64,000 nucleotides of DNA from a virus (taxonomy: Duplodnaviria > Heunggongvirae > Uroviricota > Caudoviricetes), in the IMG/VR virus record IMGVR_UViG_3300020045_002497, positions 26,853 to 90,852 of that record. One strand, written 5' to 3'. Shown piece after piece: positions 1-10,100 of the stretch. Position 1 is the first letter of the stretch, and each line of letters starts with the position of its first letter. The notes beneath the pieces are model-generated. The model searched no databases. It was not told the origin of the DNA and saw only the letters and a list, made by a program, of their open reading frames with translations. A program made the translations under genes and the position numbers.

Positions 1-90
1 TATGCTAAAGATCAACTTAAAAAATCTATTGTAGGATGTGGTGTAGTAGTTGATGGTGTATTACCAATTTATGAACCAATGTTACTTTAA
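1..90 (+). CDS. 3' end of a CDS that begins upstream of the window (C-terminal fragment ...YAKDQLKKSIVGCGVVVDGVLPIYEPMLL*)
   Basis: Open frame from window start to TAA at 88-90; same strand and spacing as the following gene. Confidence 0.3.
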   Translation, partial: YAKDQLKKSIVGCGVVVDGVLPIYEPMLL

Positions 91-99
91 AATTAAAAT

Positions 100-459
100 A
101 TGAAAGGTATAACAACAAATAAAAGATGGCCAGGTAAAGTTGTAGCTCAATTTTGGGATGTAACAACTAAACATAATAAAGTTATAGGTATTTATAATAC
201 TGAAAAAGAAGCAGTTGATGCTAGAAATAATTTTATTGAAAACTTAACTAAATATAATGGTAAAGTATTACCGAGAGTTAAAACATTACCTAAAGGTATT
301 CGTACTAATGTAGGTAAAAAGAAAACTTCTTATAAATCAGAAATATGTATGGCTCATGGAGTACATAAAGTAACAACTACAACTATTTATTTAGGTAGTT
401 TTAATACTTTACAAGAAGCCATAGATGCACGTAAAAAATTTATTGATAAACTATATTAA
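100..459 (+). CDS. DNA-binding protein with two AP2-like repeats (G-x-Y-x-T-x-(K/Q)-EA-x-DAR-x-x-FI), of the kind found in homing-endonuclease families
   Basis: ORF track. Two repeats (VIGIYNTEKEAVDARNNFIENL and YLGSFNTLQEAIDARKKFIDKL) resemble the AP2 DNA-binding domain. No nuclease motif seen. Confidence 0.5.
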   Translation: MKGITTNKRWPGKVVAQFWDVTTKHNKVIGIYNTEKEAVDARNNFIENLTKYNGKVLPRVKTLPKGIRTNVGKKKTSYKSEICMAHGVHKVTTTTIYLGSFNTLQEAIDARKKFIDKLY

Positions 460-470
460 AACTTAAAATT

Positions 471-614
471 ATGACAGAAGAACAAATTAGATTAATTAAC
501 ATCCTTATTGAATCTTGTAATCAAGGTATAAGTGGTGAGTGGGATTGCACTACAGATGAAGGTAAACAAGGATTTGAAAGTATGATCACTCTTCTTGAAA
601 AATTAAAAGAATAA
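471..614 (+). CDS. small hypothetical protein (47 aa)
   Basis: Hand-translated ATG..TAA frame (MTEEQIRLINILIESCNQGISGEWDCTTDEGKQGFESMITLLEKLKE), 12 nt after the previous stop. Below the ORF-track cutoff. Confidence 0.25.
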   Translation: MTEEQIRLINILIESCNQGISGEWDCTTDEGKQGFESMITLLEKLKE

Positions 615-1075
615 ATATCAATAAACTAATTTGATAGTGAAGGTACTAGGTTTACACTAATATGTTAATGACCTTGTAAAACAAGGTGAGGTAGCTTTCG
701 TTCTGTTTGTAGGCCTTATTCATAGTTAATATATTAGAGGGGTTGTGGGACGCAACAATATAATTAGTTTATTATCACACCAAATAACTACACATCAGTT
801 CTTACTTAACAAAATAAACTTTAGTTAATTTAATTTTTACACCTGATGTTGTAGTTATTTGTCCTTATTGAACCAACTAAATCCTCTATTATTCCCTACC
901 GAAGGCATCTGGTTAGTGCTGGGTTATCCATGTAGGAAAGGGGTAATATGAAAGTTGAGTACCCTACACCAGACTTAAGCAGGATTGTAGGTAGCTATAT
1001 AAGTAGATTACAGCCTAGCTTATATAAAATCCCGAGCTAAAGTCGGGGATTATTTTAAATTTAAAATTAAAAACA

Positions 1076-1306
1076 ATGAGTATAATTTGTATAAACAATA
1101 AACCATTTCCTATTAATGAAATAGGACCAGATCTAATATTAAATCAACCATACCCATTAATCACTAAATTTAAATGTGGTTGTGGAGAAGAACATTATGA
1201 TGTTGGATTAGTTAATGATATTAACTTTGTAGAATGTTATAAGTGTAGAGAAAAATTACCATCAGATATTAGATGGTGTCATTCAAGTAGATTTAAAGAA
1301 AAATGA
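1076..1306 (+). CDS. hypothetical Cys-rich (Zn-ribbon-like) protein
   Basis: ORF track; CGCG...CYKC cysteine pairs. Confidence 0.45.
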   Translation: MSIICINNKPFPINEIGPDLILNQPYPLITKFKCGCGEEHYDVGLVNDINFVECYKCREKLPSDIRWCHSSRFKEK

Positions 1307-1512
1307 CTAGTTGGGATAACAATAAAAATGAAATGGTAGAAACACCACCTAATATTCTATTATTCTTAAATGAAATTAATGAAGTATGTAAAAAACATAA
1401 TTTATCTATTTCACATGAAGATGGTCATGGAGCTTTTGAAATTGAAAAATATTCAGAAGATAATTGGCACTGGTTAGGTAATGCTAATTTAAATATTAAA
1501 GAAAATGGATAG
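1303..1512 (+). CDS. hypothetical protein
   Basis: ORF track; start overlaps the previous stop (ATGA-type coupling). Confidence 0.4.
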   Translation: MTSWDNNKNEMVETPPNILLFLNEINEVCKKHNLSISHEDGHGAFEIEKYSEDNWHWLGNANLNIKENG

Positions 1513-1684
1513 ACAAGAAGGATATTATTGGGTTAAAAGAAAAGGTGAATTTATAATTGGACATTATGATTCACGTATTCCTAATCCCTGGGGATTATTT
1601 GGATATACCTCAAGTTTTAAAGATTCAGATTTTGAACACATTAATGAAATACGAATTAAAGAACCTGGTGAGTTACCTGATTAA
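1505..1684 (+). CDS. hypothetical protein (59 aa)
   Basis: Hand-translated frame MDRQEGYYWVKRKGEFIIGHYDSRIPNPWGLFGYTSSFKDSDFEHINEIRIKEPGELPD*. Its ATG lies inside the AATGGATAG stop-start overlap of the previous gene. Just below the ORF-track cutoff. Confidence 0.3.
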   Translation: MDRQEGYYWVKRKGEFIIGHYDSRIPNPWGLFGYTSSFKDSDFEHINEIRIKEPGELPD

Positions 1685-1700
1685 ACAAAATAAAAAAATT

Positions 1701-2927
1701 ATGGAAAATTTAGATTCAGTTTGTTACATAAACAAAATTAATAAAATAGAGCCTATTGAAGGTGCTGATAAAATAGAATTATGTACTGTTAATGGATGGA
1801 CATCTGTTACTCAAAAAGGGATTCATAAAGAAGGTGATTTAATTCTTTGTATAACTACAGATGCTGTAATACCTGAAAGTTTAGCTACTAAATGGGGAGT
1901 AATCTCTTATTTAAGAAATAAATCTAGAGTAAGAACTGTAAAGTTAAGAGGTGTATATAGTGAATGTATATTAATACCTTTAAAAGATTTAGATTATTTT
2001 GATAATCTTATTAAATTAAAAGAAGGTAATGATATGATGCAAGCTCTTCATATTTTTAAATATGAACCACCAGTAAGAGAAGTATTAATTACAGGTATCC
2101 CTAAAGTATATTTTAAATGGAATAAAATTCATAAATTTTCAATGTGGGGATCATTTGTAAATTATAAGATTAATAGACTTAAAAATAAGTTTAAAAAGTA
2201 TTATAAAGATAATGTTCACTTTGAAAAATATTATAAGTTCCCTAATCAAAAGAATACTCCACACATGTTTAATGAGTCAGATGTAGTGGTAATTACCCGT
2301 AAGATGCATGGAACTAATGCTAGATATGGTATTATGAAGAAGAACCTCATAACACCTTTAGATAGACTTAAACAACTATTTGGTAATGATTGGATAAACT
2401 ATGAATATGTTTATGGTTCTCATAATGTTGAAAAAGGTAGTGATTCTCAAGGTTTTTACTCTACTGATGTATGGCAAGAAGTTGCGGATAAGTATGACAT
2501 AAAAAAATTACTTTGGGAATATGTTAAATCTACATATACTCCTTCTACATTAGGTAAAGGTATCATTATTTATGGTGAGATCTTTGGACCAGGTATTCAA
2601 AAAAATTATGATTACGGATATGAAAACATTGAATTTGAAGCTTTCGATATTCAAATTAATGGTGAATATGTAAATGATTTTGAATTTCAATCTATAATGA
2701 AAGAGATTTTAAGTGCTCAGTGTGTAGTTGATTACTTATATGAAGGAAATTGGTCTAAAGAAATTCAAGATAAATTTGTATTTAATTCTTTTATAGAAAA
2801 TACTAAAGTACCACATGAAGGAGTAGTAGTTAAATGCATATCTGGTGATCGTAAAAAGATTTCTAAAGTTATTAATCCTGAATATTTAACTTATGGAGAA
2901 AAAAATGGAACTACAGACTCACATTAA
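1701..2927 (+). CDS. ATP-dependent RNA ligase, Rnl2 family (nucleotidyltransferase)
   Basis: KMHGTNARYG matches Rnl2 motif I (T4 Rnl2 EKIHGTNFS). YGEIFGPGIQKNYDYG matches the T4 Rnl2 FGEFAGPGIQKNVDY block. EGVVVKCI (motif IV-like) and KISKVINPEY (motif V-like Lys) follow. The ORF-track frame opens at 1557, but the in-frame ATG at 1701 avoids overlap with the 1505..1684 ORF. Confidence 0.8.
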   Translation: MENLDSVCYINKINKIEPIEGADKIELCTVNGWTSVTQKGIHKEGDLILCITTDAVIPESLATKWGVISYLRNKSRVRTVKLRGVYSECILIPLKDLDYFDNLIKLKEGNDMMQALHIFKYEPPVREVLITGIPKVYFKWNKIHKFSMWGSFVNYKINRLKNKFKKYYKDNVHFEKYYKFPNQKNTPHMFNESDVVVITRKMHGTNARYGIMKKNLITPLDRLKQLFGNDWINYEYVYGSHNVEKGSDSQGFYSTDVWQEVADKYDIKKLLWEYVKSTYTPSTLGKGIIIYGEIFGPGIQKNYDYGYENIEFEAFDIQINGEYVNDFEFQSIMKEILSAQCVVDYLYEGNWSKEIQDKFVFNSFIENTKVPHEGVVVKCISGDRKKISKVINPEYLTYGEKNGTTDSH

Positions 2928-2929
2928 AT

Positions 2930-3208
2930 ATGAAAAAAATTAAATTAGATTCAGAAGAATTTCTTAGACCTGTAATAACTTACATGTTAAGAGAATATGG
3001 TGTAGACTATGATTATGTTAAGAAACACTCAACAATTAAAGGAATGCTTTGGTGTCAATATTATTGGGACACTAATGAAACAAAACAAGAGTTTTTAGAT
3101 TGGTTAAGAACCTTTTTAAAAACAAATGTAAATTATAAACCTCACCATATTAACGATGTAGTTAGTTCTATAGATTTAATGTGGGGATTAAAAGTATATG
3201 AAAAATGA
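2930..3208 (+). CDS. hypothetical protein
   Basis: ORF track; tightly coupled to neighbours. Confidence 0.45.
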   Translation: MKKIKLDSEEFLRPVITYMLREYGVDYDYVKKHSTIKGMLWCQYYWDTNETKQEFLDWLRTFLKTNVNYKPHHINDVVSSIDLMWGLKVYEK

Positions 3209-3402
3209 TAGAATTTTTAACAAATTTAATGATTAACATATTTATAGGATTTTTATGTATATTAGAATTAGTATATTTATTTCATGTATGTATGACTAGA
3301 CACACTTGGAAATCAGCATATCCCAAAAAAGAATTTATTAAAGATTTATTTATTCCATTTAGAAAATGGTATATGAGTTTTTATAATTTATTTAAAGATT
3401 AA
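3205..3402 (+). CDS. small hydrophobic (membrane) protein
   Basis: ORF track; hydrophobic stretch INIFIGFLCILELVYLFHV. Confidence 0.35.
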   Translation: MIEFLTNLMINIFIGFLCILELVYLFHVCMTRHTWKSAYPKKEFIKDLFIPFRKWYMSFYNLFKD

Positions 3403-3405
3403 ATT

Positions 3406-3795
3406 ATGGAAATATTATTAAGAAATAGCATTAAATGTAATCATTGTAATGATGAAATAGAATCTAAATACAGACATGATTTTGTTACATGTAAATGTGG
3501 TAAAGTTAGTGTAGATGGTGGTAAGGATTATGGTAGAACAATGTTTACTAAAGTATCTGATTACACAAATACATCTATCGTAGATGATGGTTCACATGAA
3601 CTAAGAAGACAATATCTTACATGGGGTAATAACTATGATAAAGATATGAACAAATTACCTGAAACAATCTATAATCCAATTATGGATATGTCTAAAGAGC
3701 ATATTGAAGCTATTCTTGAAGGAGGATGGTGTAAAAATAATCCTTTTTATGAAGAATTATTTAAAGAAGAATTAAAATTTAGGCAATCTAAATAA
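3406..3795 (+). CDS. Zn-finger/Zn-ribbon protein
   Basis: ORF track; CNHCND...CKCGK cysteine cluster. A terminator lies immediately downstream. Confidence 0.5.
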   Translation: MEILLRNSIKCNHCNDEIESKYRHDFVTCKCGKVSVDGGKDYGRTMFTKVSDYTNTSIVDDGSHELRRQYLTWGNNYDKDMNKLPETIYNPIMDMSKEHIEAILEGGWCKNNPFYEELFKEELKFRQSK

Positions 3796-3800
3796 AATTA

Positions 3801-3837
3801 AAAGTCCCCTAGATAATCTCTAGAGGACTTTTTTTTA
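3801..3837. terminator. bidirectional rho-independent terminator between convergent gene blocks
   Basis: 13-bp stem with one mismatch (aaagtcccctaga / tctagaggacttt), 5-nt loop, then TTTTTTTT. Sits between the end of the plus gene at 3795 and the end of the minus gene at 3855. Confidence 0.6.
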
Positions 3838-3854
3838 TCTACCGCAATATTTAT

Positions 3855-6707
3855 TTAGTTTGTTCTATCAACATATTTTCTCTCATTCCATAATTCAGGT
3901 AAGTTTTGACCTAACTGATTATAACCAGGTATTACAGTACCTAAACTTCTATAAAATTTATTCTCTCCTTTATGTGCTCCAGATTTAATTTCATAGTTTT
4001 CCTCACCTCCTACATAAGCTGCGTAAGGTATATACTTAACTACATCTATTAAACTATTAACTAATTTAGTCATTGCAATAGGATTTTTAGTCATTGCAGT
4101 AACATTTTTAGGATTAGATAAGAATAATAAATCACCTGATACTTTGTCTAATTGATCCATAGTAAATTTATACATTGGAGATTTCTTACGCTTTTCATCA
4201 TCATCCCAACCTAAAGCTAAAGCTCCCATTATTGTAGCTAAAAATATTGTAGCTTCAGTCATAGTTTTTCTAAAGTTATATACTTCTAATTCAGTAAGTT
4301 GACCTTTAGATTGTCTATCTAATGTATCTTTAATATTCCAAACCATTTTAGCAAATGTATTCCATCTACCTTCAGTTTCTACCATTAAACGATCATTATA
4401 TTGCTTTCCTCCAAATCTAACCTCAATAGCTGCTGGTATCCACTTTTTAAATTGAAAAGTCATTCTAGCTATTACATTTTGATTTAAAATAGCAGCATCC
4501 CTAGTAGAATATCTACCATGAATTTGTTCATTAACTCCCATAATTTTAGTAGAGTTTCTCAACATATATTCTTTAAAATCTTCTTTAGTTCCAAAATGTT
4601 TTAAATATTCAGGTTTAATTTCGCCTTTATCATCTAACATTTCCCATAAACTAGTTTTACCATCAGGCTTAGTGTGAAGCATCATAGCAATCATAGTTCT
4701 AGTTTGAAGAAATACCTCACCTGCTTTTTGAGGAGCATACATGTAATTCTTTAATTGCTCACCAGATAAACCTTTTTTAATACTAACATTATCAGCATAT
4801 TCATAATCTGTTAACTCTTGAAGCATTGGATATTTTTCAATCAATGCGTTAGTTTTAGATTCTTTACCTAATATTTGACTAGTAAATATACCAGTAGCTT
4901 TATTTAAATCTCCAGCATTGAAAAATCTACCACCCATAGCTTCAGTAATGTTACCTACTTCACCCACAAAGACATTTGTAAAGGCTGTAATAGGGTTTAA
5001 ACCAATTCTGAGTAAACTATTCCACTTTAAACCAAAGTCAGCTAATTCACCCATTTTAATCACTTTTTTACCTACTATATTACCTTCTTCATCTTTAATA
5101 TTTTCAATTTTTAATTCATCTTTACCTTTAGTTTTATTTCCTAAAATCTGCATCTGAATAAATCCTTCAATCATCTCATAAAGATTAGAATCTTCACCAT
5201 TGATAGCAAGTTTAGACTTATGAGGATTAATAAATTTATTATCTGCGATACTACGTTGTAATAATCTAGTTGTAGGTAAAATCTCAGTTAAATGTTCATG
5301 TTCAATAGCCATGGCCCCAAATTTGAATAAACTTTCACCCAAGTCTTTAGATTTGTTATCACCAGTTAACTTTGTAATATATTTCAAAGGGATAACATCT
5401 CTTTCAAGCTCTTCATCCTTAACAAAATCATCATTCATTATTTCATATGTTTTAACACCTGAAATATATCTAGCCATATTTTTAACTTTATTACCAAAAC
5501 CTTTAGTTTTTAGAATGTCTGACATTGTTTCAGTAAATACATTAGGAATAAAATCTTCCGGATGTTTTTTCAACCATTCAGTTTGAGCATTTAATGGAAG
5601 TTTATCTAAAGCTTCTTTAATAGTATCCTGGTAAAATTTATAGAAAGTAGCAAGTTCTTCATTACCTTTTTTAAATATTTCAGTGTAATTAGGATTAGCA
5701 TATGCTCTTTTATCAATAGGTACAAAATGCCCTAATTCTTCATCAAATGTTGCAAACTTATAATGTTGCTTATCTTTAGCTTTTAAAGACTCATTTAATC
5801 TTTTATAAAATTCAGTTTTATAAGGTCTAGTTAATACTGTAGTATTACCCATATCTTGAATAAACATATCATATGTTTCAGACATAGATTTTCCATTAGC
5901 TTTAGCCCAATTTTCTAATGCTGTAACTCTTTTCTTAACTTTATCATGTAAATTTCCTTGTTCACTAGATATATTAATTTGAGCTTGTTTAATTAAAACT
6001 GCAATTGTTCTAGCAATTCGATTAGGTAAATTAATTAAACCACCAGTATATTTTGTAAAACTAGAAATATCTTGAGTATCTTGTTGTAATTCATCATAAG
6101 TTAAACCCTCTTTTTTATTAGAAGTTTCTTCAACTTTAGTTTGAATTAAATGAGCCATTACTGCAGTATATCTAGTTTTAAGATCTTTAACTTTGGTAGC
6201 TACTTCATCTAATTGATAAAAACTATCTAACTTAGGGAGTAATTCAGCAATAACATGATCTTGAACTTCACGATTACCTTTCTCATAAGATTTAATCATT
6301 CCTTCAATATTACCTAATTCTATCTCAGCTAATTCATATAAATAAGCTTTATTCTTACTAGTTTCATATTTAGCTAATGCATCTTTCATAGCTACTTCCA
6401 TAGCTTTAAATTTAGTATATTGAGGAGATCCAAATTCCTGTTTTTTAACAGAACCTTCCACTCTAGCAATACTACGTTTTAAGTTAACTATTTGATTTTT
6501 ATAATCATCTTGTCTTTCAACTAAAACCTGTTCTTTAACTTCAGATTTAATCTCTTTAATTCCAGGTAAATCTTCAATTGTAGGAAATGAATCTAATCCA
6601 TGTTCTTGTTGCCAAATACTAACTTTAGCCTCAACTACACGATCAGGTAGTTTACTTTGCATTACTAAATGTTTAAACTCTTGACTATTCTTATTTATAC
6701 AACTCAT
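3855..6707 (-). CDS. large hypothetical virion protein (950 aa), encoded directly downstream of the giant RNAP-like gene
   Basis: ORF track; long uninterrupted ORF with coiled-coil-like K/E-rich segments. Position matches the large virion 'cargo' proteins that flank the RNAP in crAss-like phages (inference). Confidence 0.6.
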   Translation of the reverse strand: MSCINKNSQEFKHLVMQSKLPDRVVEAKVSIWQQEHGLDSFPTIEDLPGIKEIKSEVKEQVLVERQDDYKNQIVNLKRSIARVEGSVKKQEFGSPQYTKFKAMEVAMKDALAKYETSKNKAYLYELAEIELGNIEGMIKSYEKGNREVQDHVIAELLPKLDSFYQLDEVATKVKDLKTRYTAVMAHLIQTKVEETSNKKEGLTYDELQQDTQDISSFTKYTGGLINLPNRIARTIAVLIKQAQINISSEQGNLHDKVKKRVTALENWAKANGKSMSETYDMFIQDMGNTTVLTRPYKTEFYKRLNESLKAKDKQHYKFATFDEELGHFVPIDKRAYANPNYTEIFKKGNEELATFYKFYQDTIKEALDKLPLNAQTEWLKKHPEDFIPNVFTETMSDILKTKGFGNKVKNMARYISGVKTYEIMNDDFVKDEELERDVIPLKYITKLTGDNKSKDLGESLFKFGAMAIEHEHLTEILPTTRLLQRSIADNKFINPHKSKLAINGEDSNLYEMIEGFIQMQILGNKTKGKDELKIENIKDEEGNIVGKKVIKMGELADFGLKWNSLLRIGLNPITAFTNVFVGEVGNITEAMGGRFFNAGDLNKATGIFTSQILGKESKTNALIEKYPMLQELTDYEYADNVSIKKGLSGEQLKNYMYAPQKAGEVFLQTRTMIAMMLHTKPDGKTSLWEMLDDKGEIKPEYLKHFGTKEDFKEYMLRNSTKIMGVNEQIHGRYSTRDAAILNQNVIARMTFQFKKWIPAAIEVRFGGKQYNDRLMVETEGRWNTFAKMVWNIKDTLDRQSKGQLTELEVYNFRKTMTEATIFLATIMGALALGWDDDEKRKKSPMYKFTMDQLDKVSGDLLFLSNPKNVTAMTKNPIAMTKLVNSLIDVVKYIPYAAYVGGEENYEIKSGAHKGENKFYRSLGTVIPGYNQLGQNLPELWNERKYVDRTN

Positions 6708-7156
6708 TATCTACAGTTATTTTCTAAATTTAACATTGTTTGGGCCACTTCAGGATATTGTTTTTGTAAAGATGATAGACTAGTAGTCTTTTCAACTTTC
6801 TCATAAAAATCATTAGGTTGTAAACTAACAACATAACTATTTGCAGTTTCTTTAACTTTAATCCATTCAATACCTCTTTCCTCTAAAACTCTTTCTAATT
6901 CAATAAAAGCTTGTTCATTCTTAACTTTAGAATAACTACCTTTTAATTGACCAGGAATTTCTTTAGATGTATAATTTTGCATAGGTATCATATACTTCAT
7001 GATACCACCTACATCAAATCTTTTTTGAGATATTAGCCCAAGATCTTGTAAATATCCTATTGTAGTATAAGCATCAGTTGCTAAACCTTCATCACCTTTA
7101 TTTAATTTAAGTAGTTCTTTGTATAGTTCACTACTTTTATTTGGACATGTTAACAT
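6707..7156 (-). CDS. hypothetical protein (149 aa)
   Basis: ORF track; start and stop are 1-nt coupled to both neighbours. Confidence 0.5.
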   Translation of the reverse strand: MLTCPNKSSELYKELLKLNKGDEGLATDAYTTIGYLQDLGLISQKRFDVGGIMKYMIPMQNYTSKEIPGQLKGSYSKVKNEQAFIELERVLEERGIEWIKVKETANSYVVSLQPNDFYEKVEKTTSLSSLQKQYPEVAQTMLNLENNCR

Positions 7157-10100
7157 TATCTACAAAGTTTATTAATTAAATCACCAAATTCTTTATCATT
7201 AGTAACTTTTGTACTATTGATTAATTCAAACATTTCATTTCTTTTAGCTTCAGAAATACTACCTTGTGCCATATCTCTATCAATATTTAATTTTAAATCT
7301 TGTATTTTAAAATCAATAGCTAAAGGTACAGTTTTTTCTTCAGATTGTACAGGATTTTCTTCATTAATTTCTTCACCAAACATTGCAGCTAATTGATCTT
7401 CAGACATAGGTATCTCCATTTGACCATCAGATATATTTTCAGAATTATCTGCATTAGGTTCATTATCAACTACTTCTGGAGTTTTAACCACTTCATCTTC
7501 AGCAAATTCTTTAAATTGATCTAAATTACTAGCTTTAGCTTCAGCTTTAGTAGTAAATTTCTCATATCTATTATTAGGTAATGAAGTTTGTGGTTCACTG
7601 AAAGGATTAATTTCAACTAGTTTACCAGGAGAACCTAAATAAGTAACCTGTCTAAAAGTAATTTGGTCACCAGTAGTTTGATCCAATTTATAAATAGGAG
7701 TATAATCTTCATTTAAAACAAATCTAATATATTTAACAGTTTGTTCTCCATCAGTAATTTCTTTTAATTTAGTTTTATCTAAAGATTTTTGGTCCAATAT
7801 TAATGTTTTACCACTATCTATTACAGTAAATAAACTCTTTTCATTATCGTAAACCTTAGTAAATTTCTTAGCATTATTTCTAATTAATTGATCTACAATA
7901 CCATCTAACACTTCCGGATTATAATAATCAGACTGTAAAGTAGGTTTTACTTTATTTCTGTCATTAACTAATCCCATAGATTGTAAAACACTAGGATGAA
8001 TATATCCCGTATAACTATTTACACCAGTATAAAATCCTGTATTTTCAAATGCATGATGAATTAATGCCTCAGCTAAAGGTTTAAACTTAGAATTATATAA
8101 ACGGGTAATATCATTAATCATTAATTCTTTTTGATGTAATTCATATCTACCACCTTTTAAAGCTGCGTAAGCTTCATTAGAATTTTTAATATTAACTACT
8201 TCTAAAGATTTAAATAATGTCATTGCTTTTAACCACTCTTGTTCTTTTTCACTAATAGTTAAATCACCTAACACTTTAAATTTATGTTCTAAATGTGTTC
8301 TACTAGATAATAATAATTTTAAATCAGTTAAAAAGTCTTTTCTAGATAATCTTTCAGTACCATTAAATAATGATTTAAAAGTATGTTCAGCATCTAAATA
8401 AGCTTGAGCAAATCCATTAACAATATTTCTATCTTCATCTTTTAAACTAGTTAATGAAATATTATCACCCAATACTTGAGATTGAGCTACTCTATCTTTA
8501 ACCGCATTAAAGAATGGTGATGCAAAATTATAATGATCTTGCATAACATCCATTTGAGCTTCAACTGTTTTAATATAAGGATAAATAGCATCACTATGAA
8601 GTAATGGTTCAATACCATCAATTAGAGTATCTTTTTCAGATAAATTTCTATAAATAGCTAATTTACCATTAACATCTTCAAAGTTAGGTCCAGTTTCTTT
8701 ATTAATACTAAATAATTGATTCAATTGATTCAACTCTTTAATAGTAGCTTGAGATTCATCAAATACATTTAATACCGTTAATTGTAATATTAAATAATCT
8801 AATTTTTCTTTACCTTTTAATTTAGAAATCATTTCTTGTTTACCGGTAAATTTCTCTAAATCTTCTAAAGATAATTGCTTAAAATTAGATACCATATCAG
8901 GATGAATCTTATCTAAGTTTTGTAATAAACTAGAAGCATTAGCATTAATTTTAGCTTCTTGTTCAGTTTTATCATATAACTCATTAAATGTATCAGTATA
9001 TAACTGATTATATTTAGTCTTAATATTATTAATATCTTGTTTAACAAAAGTTTTATCTTTTAATTGAATATCGTTAGCTTCTAATAAAATAGATAAGTCT
9101 TTAACTGCTTGCTGAGAAGTAAACTGACTAGCTACTTTAGAACCTAATCCTAATCTAACTAAATAAGACCACATTGGTAAAGTTTTCATACTAATACCAA
9201 TAGAAGGTAATTGATCTGGGGTCTTAACCGCATCTAAGATTACAGCCATCATTGATGATAATTCTTCTACAATTTTAGAATTAGCATCAGACATTACTCT
9301 ACTTAAATTTTTATAAATACCTTTACCTTTAATTTTAACTCCTTGTTCAATAGTTTTATCACCAACTACTTTATCTTTAATTTCCAAGTTACCTTCAGTA
9401 GCCCAAGCATGTCCAGATACCTGTAATGCAGCTACACCTTTTAACATTGAAATTTTATGGAATAAATCTTTATTGAATACTTGGTATAACGGAGTAAAGA
9501 AATTACCAATTTTAATAGGTTCTTTAACTTTATCGTATACTTCAGCAATAGCACCTGGTCCAGATGGAGTAATTAAAGATTCTAACATATTACTAGATCT
9601 TAATATTTGCATATAATTTTCTAATAATCTGTTATTTCTAGCAGGTTTAATATTTTGTTCAGCAACAGATAATTTACTAAAATCTTCTAATAAAACTTCA
9701 GATTCTTTATTATATGTTTTATATAGATCATATCTTTCTTCAGCTTTATCTTCACCATCAATATATTTATAAGCTTCTAATACACCATTTTTAGATTTAA
9801 ATTCTTTAGATATAAAGAAGATTTTATCAAAGTCAAAGTCAGCTCCAAATTGTTTAGTTACTTCTAAAGGTAATAACATTGCTCCACCATATTCTTTAGG
9901 TAAAAAACCTACAACTTTAACAGCCATCATAGAGTGAGCTCCCTCAGTTGGAATACGATAAACTAACATTTGTTTTAATTCATCAGGAATATTATCTTTT
10001 ACATTACCATCAGCATCAAAAAATTCTTTAGCATGTGCCGGAGCATAAGCTTCAATATAATCAATAGAAGTATCATCTGATTTTCTAATCCACTTTAAAC

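Noticed and set aside
1557-1700. N-terminal 48-aa extension of the RNA ligase ORF (start at 1557)
   Set aside because: The extension overlaps a better-looking 59-aa ORF in another frame (1505..1684), and the ligase homology begins after the in-frame ATG at 1701.
4918-5586. Plus-strand ORFs 4918..5157 and 5311..5586 nested inside the 950-aa minus-strand gene
   Set aside because: Low-complexity S/L/P/F-rich translations of the antisense strand of a long, well-supported gene; likely spurious.
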